Assembly (NCBI GenBank): GCA_054600435.1
Contig: BAAIJX010000013.1
Span: 310,001 to 374,000 of the forward strand
Direction: 5' to 3'
DNA length: 64,000 nucleotides
DNA from: Neophaeotheca triangularis
Lineage: Eukaryota
Position numbers and translations under genes: made by a program. Below the pieces are notes generated by a model. That model ran no database searches. It saw only the letters and a list, made by a program, of their open reading frames with translations, and was not told where the DNA came from. Shown here in pieces: positions 1 through 12,376 of the stretch (the first letter of the stretch is position 1; every line of letters starts with the position of its first letter).

Positions 1-1048
1 CCAATCCGACGCCATTGACTTCTGGGGTTACAACATCTACTCGTGGTGCGGCGACTCATCGTTTTCGGAATCTGGGTACGACGAGCGCACTGAAGAGTTT
101 GAGGGTTACTCGGTCCCCGTCTTCTTCGCTGAATACGGTTGCAACGAGGTCGAGCCGCGTGAATTCGGCGATGTCCCCGCCCTTTATGGCCCCCAGATGA
201 ATGACGTCTGGTCCGGTGGTATCGTCTACATGTACTTCCAAGAGGAGAACGACTACGGTAAGCTGAACGAGCGATTACGCATCTTCAGACACCATAGCTA
301 ATGCCTCTCAGGTCTCGTCTCTGTCTCTGGTGACAGCGTCAGCACTCTCGCCGACTACGACAACTACTCAAGCCAGATGCAGAAGGCTACCCCGACAGGC
401 GTCAACATGGACGACTATTCCCCATCGAACTCCCCCACCGCCTGCCCTTCCACCGACAGTGACTGGCGCGCCGTTGCCACCCCTCTCCCACCTACTCCTA
501 ACAAGGAGCTCTGCCAGTGCATGTACAACTCGCTCTCCTGCGTTGTTGCCAGCGACATCGACTCTGAGGACTACGGCGACCTCTTTGGCACTGTCTGCGG
601 TCTCGGTGACGATGTCTGCGCTGGTATCCAGGCCAACGGCTCCACTGGCGACTACGGCGCATACAGCATGTGCAACAGCACCGAGCAGCTCGCCTTCGTT
701 CTGAACGAGTACTACCAGGCTCAGGACGAGAACCAAAGCGCCTGCGACTTCTCCGGCTCCGCTACCACGAAGCCCACCCAATCCCTCGGGGGCAACTGCG
801 AGAGACTTGTCAGCCAAGCCCAAGGTGGTACTGGTACCGTCACCGCTCAGGTCACCCAGACTGGCGCCGGCGACGCCGGCTCCGGCTCCAGCGGCAGCTC
901 CGGCAGCGACAGCGACAACGACGACTCTGACGACTCCGACAGCGCTGGCAACATGCTCGGTGTTCCCATGTACAGCAACGGCCTTGTGCAATTCGGCGCT
1001 TACGCCTTCGTCGCCGTCGCCACCGGCATGGGCATGATTTTGTTGTAA
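1..1048 (+). CDS. 1,3-beta-glucanosyltransferase, GH72 Gas/Gel family with Cys-rich X8 domain and GPI signal (5'-truncated)
   Basis: Exons <1-257 and 312-1048, intron 258-311 (GTAAGC..GCTAAT..CAG). Spliced frame reads VFFAEYGCN...[19 protein letters not shown], then Cys-rich [13 protein letters not shown]...GAYSMC...ACDFSGSA, a Ser/Asp/Gly-rich linker and a hydrophobic C-terminus. Confidence 0.93.
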
Positions 1049-2749
1049 GAAAAGAACGTATCGACGAGATGAGCGAGATTGAAGAACAAGACGGGCGGCG
1101 TGCTTTGATAATTACAAGATTGGTGATTTGAGTGCCCCCCAAATTTTTTCCCTGCCAATGAGGGTTTTAGCGGGCGCGTGAGTGGTATTTACAGCCTTCG
1201 GGTTTGATTCTCCTGCGCAACTTGTTCCGAGAGGTTCGTCTGGCGTGCTTTGCTCGAGGCCTTGTCTTGATTGATGGATAAGTTTTTCCTTATTGGCCTT
1301 TTGGCCTCTGGCTGTATAGCTGCGAATGATATCAAGTAATCAAATCACTACCCGCTTTCATTCATGTGCCTGAAGATTATTTGCTTTTTTCCGAATAGAG
1401 CCTTTCTCTATCGTGTATGGGCGTTGTGGCCTCCCCCGACTCCCACGCTTATCGGCTGATTCTAACCCTCAGGGGCTCCGTGTGCAATTTGCTTGCCCAG
1501 CTTGTCTCGAACCGCTTCACTACTGTCCCGAGGATGCTCAAGAAAGACTCCCTGTGGTGCAGCTTGCCAACACACCACTTTCTTCCCCCTTGGGCCCCCC
1601 GTGTGAAGCTTCCGGTCCCACGCACAAGAGCCATTAAACGGCACAGTGTTCGAATTTTGCCAAGGGCTGCTCCTGCTTATGCGAGCCTACTACAAGTAGG
1701 AGAAAAGAAGGTGTCGGGGAAAGGGAGAAGGCGGGAGCCAAGCTGTGACTGGGCTTTGAAATGGGGGTTTGGCTGTCTGTGTTGGCGAGGACCACTTTTA
1801 GGCTTGTAAGAAGGACTGGTTTGGTATGTTGGAGCGTGGGGAGTGGGAGAGGGGAGCTCGTCGTGCGAAGAGGGTTTGGTGAGGTGCTTTGTTCAGGGCA
1901 AGGTTTGTCTGGTTTGGTTTGTCTGCCTGGCTATGGATGGAGGCTTGATTGTTTTGGGACTCAAGGGAGGGGGCTCGAGGGCGGTGGATGTTTGGTTTGC
2001 TTTTGGGGTGGGGAGGTGGAGGTTCGGGTCTTATTCTGGTGTGAGGCTTCTATTCCTCGAGGACTCCGGCGTGAGAGGTTTTCGGTAGTGGCTTTTCGGA
2101 CGGTGGAGTATCGATGACTTGGACGAATGGTTGCTTGGGGAGGCATGGGTGCTTTCGGAGTTTTAAGTGGTGGTGGTGTGCCGGGTGTTGGTCAAGTGGC
2201 TGGTGACCGCTTTTGCTACTGCCTTTGTGACTTTCATTCAGCTGGTCTGGTTTGGGTATGTGCGAGTGCGGCCCGAGTAAGGCGGTTGGCGGTGAATGGC
2301 CATGTCATGCTGTAACGGTGAACGTTCTGTGTGCGGTAAGGGGGAAGGTGCGAGTGTCGAGGAAGGCGCGATGGACAAGGCAGCCATCGCGGTACCCTCC
2401 GACTACTTCACGGACAACACTCGCCTCTCACCAGTCCTTTGTTTTCGTTTCTCGCAGTGTTGTGGTTCGAGTGACGCAGTGCATGTGAGACGTGAATGCT
2501 AGGTTCGATAGTGAACTCTGCTGCAGGTCGTACACTAGGCACATCTTCACCAAGACCTCCTAATAGTTACCCTACTTCTAACACCAAACAAGGCAGACGA
2601 CATCATCCTCGGCACCACAGCAGAGTCAAGAAACTCCCTACCACGCACCCACCGGCCCCAGGATCTCACTCAAAAGCCAACGAACAACCTCCCATCAACC
2701 AAGCACCTAGCAAGAACCCGTAGCATCTAACGCAAACAAAAGAAGAAAA

Positions 2750-3631
2750 ATGTCCCACCCTTGCCCCCATCCCACATGCCACGGCCGCTACTCCACAGCC
2801 GTAACCCTCCGCCAACACATCCAAAACCTGCACACCGCGCCGACGCGCCACCACTGCACGCACACCGACTGCACACACTCGTACAGTACCCATTGCGCTC
2901 TGAGACGACACGTCAAAGAGCGGCATGCCGGAGTGCTCGGGCCGGACGGCGGGGTCAGGAAGGAGGTGCTGCAGAATGGCAGGGTTGTGGCTAGGGGTGG
3001 GGGGTTTGAGGTTGAGGTTGTTAAGAAAAGAAGGAATGTTACGGATGGGGAGTCTGGAGCGGATGGGAGTGTTGGTGAAAGGGTGGAAAGGATGGTTGGT
3101 GAGAGGGAGGACGCGAAGGAGGAAGACGAGCGCTCCCTTTTCTCCGGCCCGATCACGATGCTTTTGCAACTGGAGCTTCATGCGGATCTGCTCAGGCGGA
3201 CGCCCGGGGTTGTGGACTGGGGTCGTCTGGTGTCTTTGGTGGACGAGGAGGTCTTCGCGGAGAGTGGCGAGACGGCGGTGACGAGGGAAGGGTTTTGGTC
3301 GTTTGTCGGGGTTAGGGGGGAGTGGTTGGTGCGGACTAAGGGTAGGGAGGAGGTGGGGAGGTTTTTGGGGTGGGTGGTTAGGCGGTGGGTGGGGCATGTT
3401 AGGGAGATGGAGGCGGTGGCGAGGCAGGTTAGGGAGGTTGGAGGGGGTTATGGGAAGGGCAAGGGCAAGGGCAAGGGCAAGGGCAAAGGGAAGGGCAAGG
3501 GAAAGGCGAAGAAGGGAGAGGATAGCGAGAAGAAGGGGGAGGTTTTGGGAACTTTGTTGGAGAGTGTGGTTTTCGCCTTTGGTAGGTATGAGGAGTTGCG
3601 GGTCGTGATGGAGGAAGAAGAAGAGTATTAG
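2750..3631 (+). CDS. Hypothetical protein with two N-terminal C2H2 zinc fingers and a Gly-Lys repeat
   Basis: 293-aa ORF containing CPHPTC-x12-HIQNLH and CTHTDC-x12-HVKERH, with a (GK)n run near the C-terminus. Confidence 0.65.
   Translation: MSHPCPHPTCHGRYSTAVTLRQHIQNLHTAPTRHHCTHTDCTHSYSTHCALRRHVKERHAGVLGPDGGVRKEVLQNGRVVARGGGFEVEVVKKRRNVTDGESGADGSVGERVERMVGEREDAKEEDERSLFSGPITMLLQLELHADLLRRTPGVVDWGRLVSLVDEEVFAESGETAVTREGFWSFVGVRGEWLVRTKGREEVGRFLGWVVRRWVGHVREMEAVARQVREVGGGYGKGKGKGKGKGKGKGKGKAKKGEDSEKKGEVLGTLLESVVFAFGRYEELRVVMEEEEEY
3452..3505 (+). repeat. Imperfect (GGCAAG)n hexamer repeat encoding GKGKGK...
   Basis: gggaagggcaagggcaagggcaagggcaagggcaaagggaagggcaagggaaag read directly. Confidence 0.85.
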
Positions 3632-4211
3632 GCGCAAGCAAAAACCTCCTTGTCGCTGAGGAGAGAAACTTGCAAAGGCAAGGAAATCCATTTGGCTGGG
3701 GTTTAACTACCTACCGTGAGCATAGCCCTATCATCTGGAGCCAGATAGCTGCGAAATGTACCACGGTAAATGCTGTAGCAATGATGTCCCATAAGATTAG
3801 CCAGGCCTGTGCTTACGTTGATGAGAAAGAGATAGACCTACCGACCACAAAACAACAGGTGCAAGGCCTCTGTAGCCTCTAGCCGATCTCAAAAACAATG
3901 AGAGTGATAGATCATCAGCTGCAACGTCCTAGGTCCTAGTGATAATAGTGTCTTTTCAGGGGAAAAAACTTCACCCAATGTGTAAATTTTTTAGACAGCT
4001 TGTTGAAACTTGTTGAAAGGACAGCCGATTGTTGGGTATCAAAACAGTATCCATAACCACCCCTCTCATCGACACGCAGAAATCTCGAGCTCGCCCAAAA
4101 CGCCTCGCTTCATTCGCTCCATTCTTTCCTCCCATCTCGAGCCTTATGGCCCTCTTTTGCATCTTCACCCGGAATATTCTCTTTCTTTCCCATTCTTCTC
4201 CCTCTCTTTGC

Positions 4212-5056
4212 TCAAGGCTTAGGCACATGCAGTGTCTTGCTGACCATGGCACAACCGTGAGCCAAGAACAATCCAACGACCGGGTGAAATTCCAAGGAGG
4301 TGCCTTCGAGCACAGTTCCCATGGGCACGTCGTCAACTACCCATCCCTTGTAGACCCAGAAACCCATCAGCGCTGCAATCGTCAACGACATCGGGATCGG
4401 GATGCCTTCGAAGTAAGCGGCTTTGCCAGAAGCGTCCTTGGGGACATTGCCGGTGGTAACGTTGAAGCGAGCCAGACGCGCGAGACCGGCGAGCACAAAC
4501 AAGGTCAGGAGGAGTTGATCGAGGGGAGTGCGCATGCCGAGGGCGAAAGCGCACATGGCGGGAGCTACGCCGAAAGAAATCTAGAGAAAAGTCAGCGGCG
4601 ATTGCAGAAAGACTCACGCGAGAGCGGCATATTCTTACAAGATCCGCGAGACTGTCGAGCTCCTGGCCCATCAGGCTGCTCTTCTGCCTCCACCTGGCGA
4701 CCTTGCCGTCGAAGAAGTCAAAGGCGAGTCCAAAGGGCATGAACCACAGCGACACGTAGAGGTTGAAGTGCTCGTCTGGTGGACTCAAGCAGTAGCGCAT
4801 GCTGGAGAGGATGGACATGACACCGCAGAAGCCGTTCATGAGAGTGATGAGATCTGCGAGGTGGTAGGCGCGCACGAGGGAGAAGTGACCGGGGTCGCGG
4901 GCATTGAGGAGGCGGGCTTGCTTGTCTTGCGCTGGCGGAGGAGTTAATTGGTTGTAGGAAGAGTGTGTGAAGCTACAAGGTATACTTACATGGCTCCGAG
5001 ACTGCTTCCTTTGCTTCCTTCTCAGCGCCGTTAGGCATGCCGGAGCGTTTGGACAT
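4212..5056 (-). CDS. CHO1: Phosphatidylserine synthase (CDP-diacylglycerol-serine O-phosphatidyltransferase)
   Basis: Exons 5056-4990, 4931-4639, 4580-4212. CDP-alcohol phosphotransferase motif [34 protein letters not shown]; also [15 protein letters not shown] and C-terminal SKTLHVPKP. Confidence 0.95.
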
Positions 5057-5485
5057 GGTATGTAAGGGGTTTGGAGATGGGATAGGTTTAGACGGTGAGG
5101 TTGTAAGAAGAGTACAAGCAGGTCGGCGAGGTGAGGTGGGAGATGGATTCGTAAGTGGGAGCGGTCCTGGATAGGTAAGTTGGGTCTCGAGGTGGTATTT
5201 GTGTCTCTGGATGTTGTCCAGATCCGGCTTCTGGCCCTGCAGGGAGGTGAATGTCGACCCACCCGCCCAGGTTCCCGTCCCTTCTGGCGCTGTGAAACGG
5301 CCGACGTCATACCTAGGTAGAACCCTGACCCTGAGGGCCGGTTACGTCGCGCGGCGCGTCTTCCGCTGCCCGTAGCTTTCAACCTTACCAAACACCAGTT
5401 AAAACGACAGTTCAGCTTGCCCAACAACGACATGGTATAAAGAAGCAAGAGCCTCGCTCTGAGTCTGCCATCCACGCTCACCAAT

Positions 5486-8011
5486 ATGGAATTCGCAATA
5501 GGCTCACCCTCGAAAAAGCGCAAGATTGCGCACGCAGTCTTCCCAAAGGTTGTACACACTCAGCCAACCCCAGAGGCAACCCCAAACATTGGCTCCATCA
5601 GCTTTCCCGGACAATCCTTCGGTGGCTTCAACGACCATGTCAGTCGCGAGGTGGAGTTAACGAGAGCCTGGAGTGCCGCCACCAGGACCTTGGTCAACGG
5701 TCAGGGCAAGAAATCTAGCCAGGTCACCAAGCTTAGCGAGTCTGATGCATCCGCCTTTGAGCTTATCCTACAGGACAAGTACAAAAGAAGAGAACTGGCT
5801 ATCTGGTGGGTGCATTTGATCCGGATGCACCCTTGGGGTACGATGCAAGATGACTGTCCCAACGTCTGGCTTGGCAATAATGCTAACCAAAAAAAAGACG
5901 AGAGCCAATCCTCTACTCCTAGATATCCCGTGGATCACATCGCTTACATCTATGAGGTGTTCATCAATCCAAAGCTCGAACAAATCCGCGCCGCTCTGGT
6001 TCGCAGAGACCGGCATCTCGAAGCCCTACTGCCACCCTTCAAAGCGGAGGTCGAGAAGCGCATGACCTCCATCCTCCATGATCTCTTCCCAAAGGCAGAG
6101 AGCGAATGTGGAATTCGCAAAAAGCTTTTGCAATCACTGAGACAGTCGCTACACAGTAACTCAAACAATCCGGAAGACTGCACGCGCCAGAAAACTTGCG
6201 AGTGCAGGATATCAATTGACTCTCAACTGCTCATCAGCTTACGCGATTTGGGCTTATCACAGACTGCTCAAAGTGCGCTATCCCACGCCTTGAGCGATTT
6301 CATGCTGAACGACGCGGTAGAGAGGCGATGCTTTGCAGTCGACTGGGAAGGTCAGGAGTCAGTGGTACCACGATTGCGTGCTTGGATGCGCGACCATTTC
6401 TGCACAGTAATCGACCGCTCGATGATGGAATTGCATGGCCGTAGGGTCCCTTTCGGTGAGGCGAACTCCCGCATCGAAGACTTGGTGGTGCGCAACGCAG
6501 TTGTGAGTTTGTGCTTCAAACGCGCTCACAACCTATTCGATTACGTCAAGACCTGGCCGCACAGCAAGGGCGCCATTTTAGACATCAAAGAGCTGCTTGC
6601 CGACCAGAAATCAGATCACAAATCCAATATTTGCTTCTTATTTACAGATGCGGTGGAGCACAGGCTCCTCCACGCTGGCGCAAGCACGACAGAATTGCTC
6701 AGCTTCTACATCAATGTCATCAACGTGTTCAGGACGCTCGACTCTCGAGGAGTGCTACTTACCAAGGTCGCGCAGCCCATTCGAGCTCACCTCAGAGCTC
6801 GCGAGGACACCGTTGCCATCATCGCTGCAAGTTTCTTGGCAGATGTCGAGGAAAATGGCGCGGTGAAACAGGACGACGAAGGCAAGGTTTGCTCGGACTT
6901 TGCGCGCGAGGTCAATGGGGCGTCGTTGGAGGATTTAGGCGACGACAGGATACACGACTGGGATGATATGAATTGGCAGCCCGATCCAATCGACGCAGGA
7001 CCTGATTATAGATCTTCGAAGAAAGAGGACGTCATAACGTGCATCCTCAACCTCTTCCCCCACGACGATTTCATCAAAGAAGTCACGTCCGTACTTGCAC
7101 GACATCTTTTGGACTCCACAAGCCCGGAATTCGCCAAAGAAACTCGACTCGTGGAGCTCTTCAAATCACGCTTCGATCCAGCCAAACTACAATCCGCCGA
7201 AGTCATGCTCAGGGACATTCGCACATCTGCCAACGTCTCGAAAAAGGTCGTCAGGCCCGAAACTGCAGTACCAGTAGATGCCCAGATCTTATCGAGCTAT
7301 TTCTGGCCGCAGATGCGAAACAACACATTCGGCTTCCCGACATGCTTCCACCCGTTACTCAACAACTTCTTCGACGCCTACAATGACCAGGGCTTTGGCA
7401 GCGCCCAGCAAAAACTACACGCCCGCCCGGCACTGACCAAGATTACCATCGAGCTCGAGCTCGAGGACCGCGTAATCGAAGAGAAGGACATCCCAGCTTG
7501 GCGCGCATCTGTCATCGGGGCCTTCTTATCCGATGCCGGCCAAGCAAACTTGAGCCAAAGCGACTCCGAAACCATCACCACGACCTCCGCCGAACTAGCC
7601 CATCGTCTGGCCATGGACGACGAGCTAGTCGCGGACAGTCTCAATTTCTGGCTCAGTCGGCGCGTCCTTTACAAACCCACGCCAGACACTTACGCCGTCC
7701 TCGAGAGGTTGGACATGGATACTGCCGCGCCCACGACCGCTGCCGCTGCCGCTCAACCCGAGATCGCGGCCGTCATGTCTCACGATGCTGTGTTGAAGGA
7801 AAAGGCGCCCATGTTCGAAATTTTCATCGGCAATATGCTGAAGAATGGGCCGCCCAAGGAGGTAGGTGGGATGATGGGGATTGCGAATATGCTGAGGATG
7901 GTCCTTCCGGATTTTACTTACGGGGATAAGGAGGTTTTGTTTTTGTTGGGGAATTTGGAAGCTAGAGGGGAGGTCGTTAAGGCTGGAGAGACATGGACTG
8001 TGGCCAAGTAG
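5486..8011 (+). CDS. APC2: Anaphase-promoting complex subunit 2 (cullin-like)
   Basis: 841-aa ORF with [40 protein letters not shown] and ILSSYFWP motifs typical of Apc2. Confidence 0.92.
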   Translation: MEFAIGSPSKKRKIAHAVFPKVVHTQPTPEATPNIGSISFPGQSFGGFNDHVSREVELTRAWSAATRTLVNGQGKKSSQVTKLSESDASAFELILQDKYKRRELAIWWVHLIRMHPWGTMQDDCPNVWLGNNANQKKDESQSSTPRYPVDHIAYIYEVFINPKLEQIRAALVRRDRHLEALLPPFKAEVEKRMTSILHDLFPKAESECGIRKKLLQSLRQSLHSNSNNPEDCTRQKTCECRISIDSQLLISLRDLGLSQTAQSALSHALSDFMLNDAVERRCFAVDWEGQESVVPRLRAWMRDHFCTVIDRSMMELHGRRVPFGEANSRIEDLVVRNAVVSLCFKRAHNLFDYVKTWPHSKGAILDIKELLADQKSDHKSNICFLFTDAVEHRLLHAGASTTELLSFYINVINVFRTLDSRGVLLTKVAQPIRAHLRAREDTVAIIAASFLADVEENGAVKQDDEGKVCSDFAREVNGASLEDLGDDRIHDWDDMNWQPDPIDAGPDYRSSKKEDVITCILNLFPHDDFIKEVTSVLARHLLDSTSPEFAKETRLVELFKSRFDPAKLQSAEVMLRDIRTSANVSKKVVRPETAVPVDAQILSSYFWPQMRNNTFGFPTCFHPLLNNFFDAYNDQGFGSAQQKLHARPALTKITIELELEDRVIEEKDIPAWRASVIGAFLSDAGQANLSQSDSETITTTSAELAHRLAMDDELVADSLNFWLSRRVLYKPTPDTYAVLERLDMDTAAPTTAAAAAQPEIAAVMSHDAVLKEKAPMFEIFIGNMLKNGPPKEVGGMMGIANMLRMVLPDFTYGDKEVLFLLGNLEARGEVVKAGETWTVAK

Positions 8012-8438
8012 GGGATGATGAGAGCGTGTTTGTTTTCCGCAAATGGCACTATGAGACACCCTGGCTCGGTTGAGTGTTTGTTTTGTTCAGGCCCGAGGTC
8101 CGTGTGGCACAATGTTTTAATAGCGTGGCGTTTGTGGTCTTGCGCACGATACCAAAGCAGTCCTCATTGTAATTACAGTATACCTAACTGAGGTAGTACT
8201 GGGTTCGTTTAGAGTCGGTTGGCCCGTTCCCTCTTGTCTTGCTGAATCGTGCATCGTGCATCGTGCTTCAATTGGCCGTGCGTTCGATCTCCAGATGCGT
8301 GACGACATGCTTTACCTGCACTTTAGATCGCGTTTCACGTCACACCTCGACGCGAAAGCATCCGGATTGCTGCCATTCTACAATCACAGCGTTTCCCGGT
8401 GACATTTCGAACTTGCCCTCGTACAGAGGTATTCCACA

Positions 8439-11398
8439 ATGAGCACGCCAACGAAGCGTAGGAAGAAGAACGATCACCAAGCCTCAGCGCAGCCTGTCAA
8501 GAGCTTGGACTTCTTTTTTGGTAAACAACAAGCCGCGAAACAGGAGGCTAATGAGAAGGATGAGACTACTACAAATGACCGCGCTCAGGCTGAAAATGGG
8601 GGTGATGAGCTAGCCGGTCAGGTAGGAGAGGAAGAGACTCTCACCGACGAGCAATTGGCACGGAAACTGCAGCGAGAATGGGACGAAGCTGATCGGGCTG
8701 CCGCGCAGAACGGCAATGATACGGTGGGTGATGACAGTCAGCGTGATGTAGAAACACTACAAGCAGAGAAGGTTGGTGGCTCAGGTGATGCTGTCAATGG
8801 GAAAGCAAGCATTCCAGCAGGCGAAGCACAACCCGATCCACCCTCGCAACCACACGCCAACGCCTTCGCCGCCATGGGTAAAAAGAACACCCTCTCCCTT
8901 CAATCCGCCACAGCCGAAGAAGACACAACCTCCCACACCGTGCCCTTTGACCAATCCCCCCTGACCTTCGACCCTCAAGACTACCTGCCCGCCCTCAAAA
9001 AGCAATGGGCGTCCGAGAACGGCTCAGTAACCTACGCCCTCCTAACCCGCTGCTTCGTCCTCGTCAATAGCACGCAATCGCGCATCAAGATCGTCGACAC
9101 CCTCGTCAACCTGCTCCGAACAATCATAGAAGGTGACCCGGAATCGCTCCTCCCAGCCGTATGGCTCGCCACAAACTCCATCTCGCCGCCCTATATCGAT
9201 CTCGAGCTCGGCCTAGGCGGCTCGGCCATCTCCAAAGCACTGAAGAAAGTCTGCGGCCTCGATAACGCGGGTTTAAAGACGCTGTACAACAAATACGGCG
9301 ACGCGGGGGACGTGGCTTTCGAGGCCAAGAAGCGGCAGAGCTTGACGCTGCGCAAACCTAAGCCTTTGACTATCAAGGCGGTCTTTGAGAGTTTGGTCAA
9401 GATTGCCAATTCCAAGGGCCATGGGAGTCAGGAGGTCAAACAGCGCATTGTCGAGAGATTGGTGCAGGACGCTAGGGGCGCCGAGGAGTCGCGGTATATT
9501 GTCCGCACGCTGGTGCAACACGTATGTAGCCCCTCCATACCGTACCCAAACTGCCAAATCAACATCAACCTCAATACATTCTCCCTCTTTTCCACATTCT
9601 TCTAACACCCCCATGCCTCCCTTAGCTCCGTATCGGCGCCGTTAAAACAACCATGCTCATCGCCCTCTCCCGCGCCTTCCTACTCTCGGCGCCTCCAAAC
9701 GCTCCCTGGACCCCCACCCCTAGCGGCCCCCTGCGCAACCTCCCCAAACAATCCCTAGCCGAAACCCTCCTCCCGGGCGAAGAACTCGTCAAAGCCTCCT
9801 TCGCCCGCCGCCCCAACTACTCAGACCTAATCCCCACCCTGCTAAGCCACGGTCTGGCCCCGACCCTCCTCGCCCACTGCGGCCTAGCCCTGCACATCCC
9901 CTTGCGGCCAATGCTCGGCGGCATAACGCGGGATCTGGGGGAACTGCACGCGAGGCTCGGAGATCATAGGGCGTTTGCGTGCGAGTTCAAGTATGATGGC
10001 CAGCGGGCTCAAGTGCATTGCGATGACGACGGCAAGGTTTCCATTTTCAGCAGGCATTTGGAGCTCATGACGGATAAGTATCCGGATCTCGTGGCGCTGG
10101 TGCCGGAGATGCGGGGCGAGGGGGTTGGGAGTTTTATCTTGGAGGGCGAGGTTGTGGCTGTTGACAGGGGTACGGGGGAGCTCAGGCCGTTTCAGGTCTT
10201 GGCCAATCGGGCGAGGAAGGAGGTTGGAGGGGTTGAGGGGGTGAAGGTGGAGGTGTGTCTATTTGCTTTTGATTTGATGTTTTTGAATGGGGGGAGTTTG
10301 TTGGGGAGGAGTTTGAGGGAGCGCAGGGGCTTGTTGAGGACGAGGTTCAGGAGGGTTGAAGGGCGATTTGATTGGGTGCGCAGCTTGGATGCCGTTGCTG
10401 GGGAGGAGGAGAGGGTTAGGGAATTTTTTCAGCAGGCGACGGAGATTAAGTGTGAGGGTATCATGGTCAAGGTTTTGGATAATCCTGTGGTAGAGGGGGC
10501 GGGAGGGGTGGAGGCTGAGGCTGAGGGTGCAGGGGAAGGGTCGCCTGCGCCTGTTGCGGTGAAAATGCCCCCTACGCCTACTAAGGGGATGAAAAAGGGC
10601 AAGACGAAGAAAGGCGGTGGCGGCGGCGGTGGCGGCAAAGCCAACCAAGAGGCCACGGCAGCTGATGCGGAAAAGAAGCCTTTCAGCCGCCGCAAACCGC
10701 TCCTCGCAACCTACGAGCCGGACAAACGCCTCGACTCGTGGCTCAAAGTGAAAAAGGACTACAACACCAGCGCCGACACCATCGACCTCATCCCCGTCGG
10801 CGGCTGGCACGGCCAAGGCCGCAAAAATGCCTGGTGGTCGCCCATCCTGCTCGCCTGCCGCAACGAAGTCACGGGTAGTCTAGAAGTCGTGACAAAATGC
10901 ATTTCCGGCTTTACGGACGCTTTCTACAAAGCCAACCGCGCCCGCTACGACCCCGATTTCACACCCGCCGAAAACGACGAGGGACAAGGAGAAAAGGAAG
11001 AAGGCGACGACGACGACGATGGCAAATACGGCAAAAACTGCATCTCGCGGCCGAGCTACGTCGACTACGCCGGCGAGCCGGACGTGTGGTTCGAGCCGCA
11101 GGAGGTGTGGGAGATGGCTTTTGCCGATGTCACGCTCAGCCCGACTTATACGGCGGCCATGGGGTTGGTGTCGTTGGAGAGGGGGCTGAGTTTGCGGTTT
11201 CCGCGGTTTTTGAGGGTTCGGGAGGATAAGGGGTTGGAAGAGGCGAGTTCGAGTGAGTTTTTGGCGGGGCTTTGGAGGAAGCAGGAGGCCAGGGTGCCCG
11301 AGGGGGGAGGGGGGGAGGCGAAGGAGGAGGGGGACGGGGGTGGTGTGGATGATGATGGTGATGGTGGTGATGGTGAGGTGGATGAGTTGTATGAGTGA
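8439..11398 (+). CDS. ATP-dependent DNA ligase, ligase I family (probably the second fungal paralog, Lig3/Adl1-type)
   Basis: Exons 8439-9521 and 9626-11398, intron 9522-9625 (GTATGT..CTAAC..TAG), joining LVQH|LRIGA. Motifs EFKYDGQRAQ (adenylated Lys), LEGEVV, LFAFDLM, EGIMVK, WLKVKKDY and SLRFPRFLRVREDK. Confidence 0.92.
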
Positions 11399-11737
11399 CG
11401 GCCGTAAACAGGCACAGTATCTATCGTATAGTGCCTATGTGAGGTAATATAAAATATTCACCAAGTTGTGGTACTGTACCTAGGTACCTTAGTTACTGTA
11501 GCGGTAGGTATAGCTAAAACAAGACTAAGATGCAGTGACCAGTCGGACGTCGGGTAAGTTGCCCCGGCATGACCGTTTCGATCGCCGAGGCGTCGTTGGC
11601 GTTGCCCAGCGTTGCCCAGATGTGAGATCCGATTCTGCAGCCCATTCCTGCCCAATGAGGCGGGCCCGATGGTGAATCTCATCAGTCTCACAGATCGGCT
11701 TACCATCAGCTTTTTTCCTCCTCCCGCCAGTCCTCCG

Positions 11738-11800
11738 CCACCACCACCACCTCCACTACCACCACCACCAACCAACCAACCAACCAACCAACCAACCAAT
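11738..11800 (+). repeat. Compound (CCA)n/(ACCA)n microsatellite
   Basis: ccaccaccaccacctccactaccaccaccaccaaccaaccaaccaaccaaccaaccaacc in the intergenic region upstream of NOP9. Confidence 0.85.
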
Positions 11801-12376
11801 ACGACCACCTCTACCAACCTTGGCGTGTCTCGAGTACGTACTGTACAGTACTTGAATCAAGCCTAGCCGGCGGCCGGCCGAGAACACAAGCTACCACCGC
11901 CTACTATCCTCGGAGAATTTTTCTTCTTCGTACAAATTTACCAATTAACTCCCGGAACCACTCAGAGCGAACTGCAGTAGTGCAGGTATACACTTTGAAA
12001 CTACTGTCTGCACCTTCGCCCCTCTTAATTCCCGGCCTCCCCGCCATTTCTCTCCGGCTGCTATCGCCTTTTTCACTTCGCCTTGCCTTGTCTTGCACTG
12101 CTTTTACACTTTCTACGTGTTTTTGCACACCAGAGCATCATCGACCTCGTCAGCTGCCTGTCACACTGCTACTGCCCAAGTCACCTAGTGTCACTTTTCT
12201 AGTCCTTCCGTTTCGACATTTGCACCCGCGCCTTCAGTCACCCGCTGCTGGCTTGGCCTATCTATCTACTCAGATCTGCACACAGCCCTGCTCATTGCCC
12301 TACCGACGCTCGAGTCACACTGAGCTGTAATCCGTTATACCCGACATCCCAACCAACACTTTCTCAACCACCCACC

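Noticed and set aside
1400..2500. G/T-rich stretch with several short ORFs
   Set aside because: Low-complexity translations with no consistent splice model or motif; cannot support a gene.
4333..5559. 408-aa ORF suggesting a long N-terminally extended CHO1
   Set aside because: Artefact of reading through introns and the promoter; the three-exon model from ATG 5056 fits splice signals and homology.
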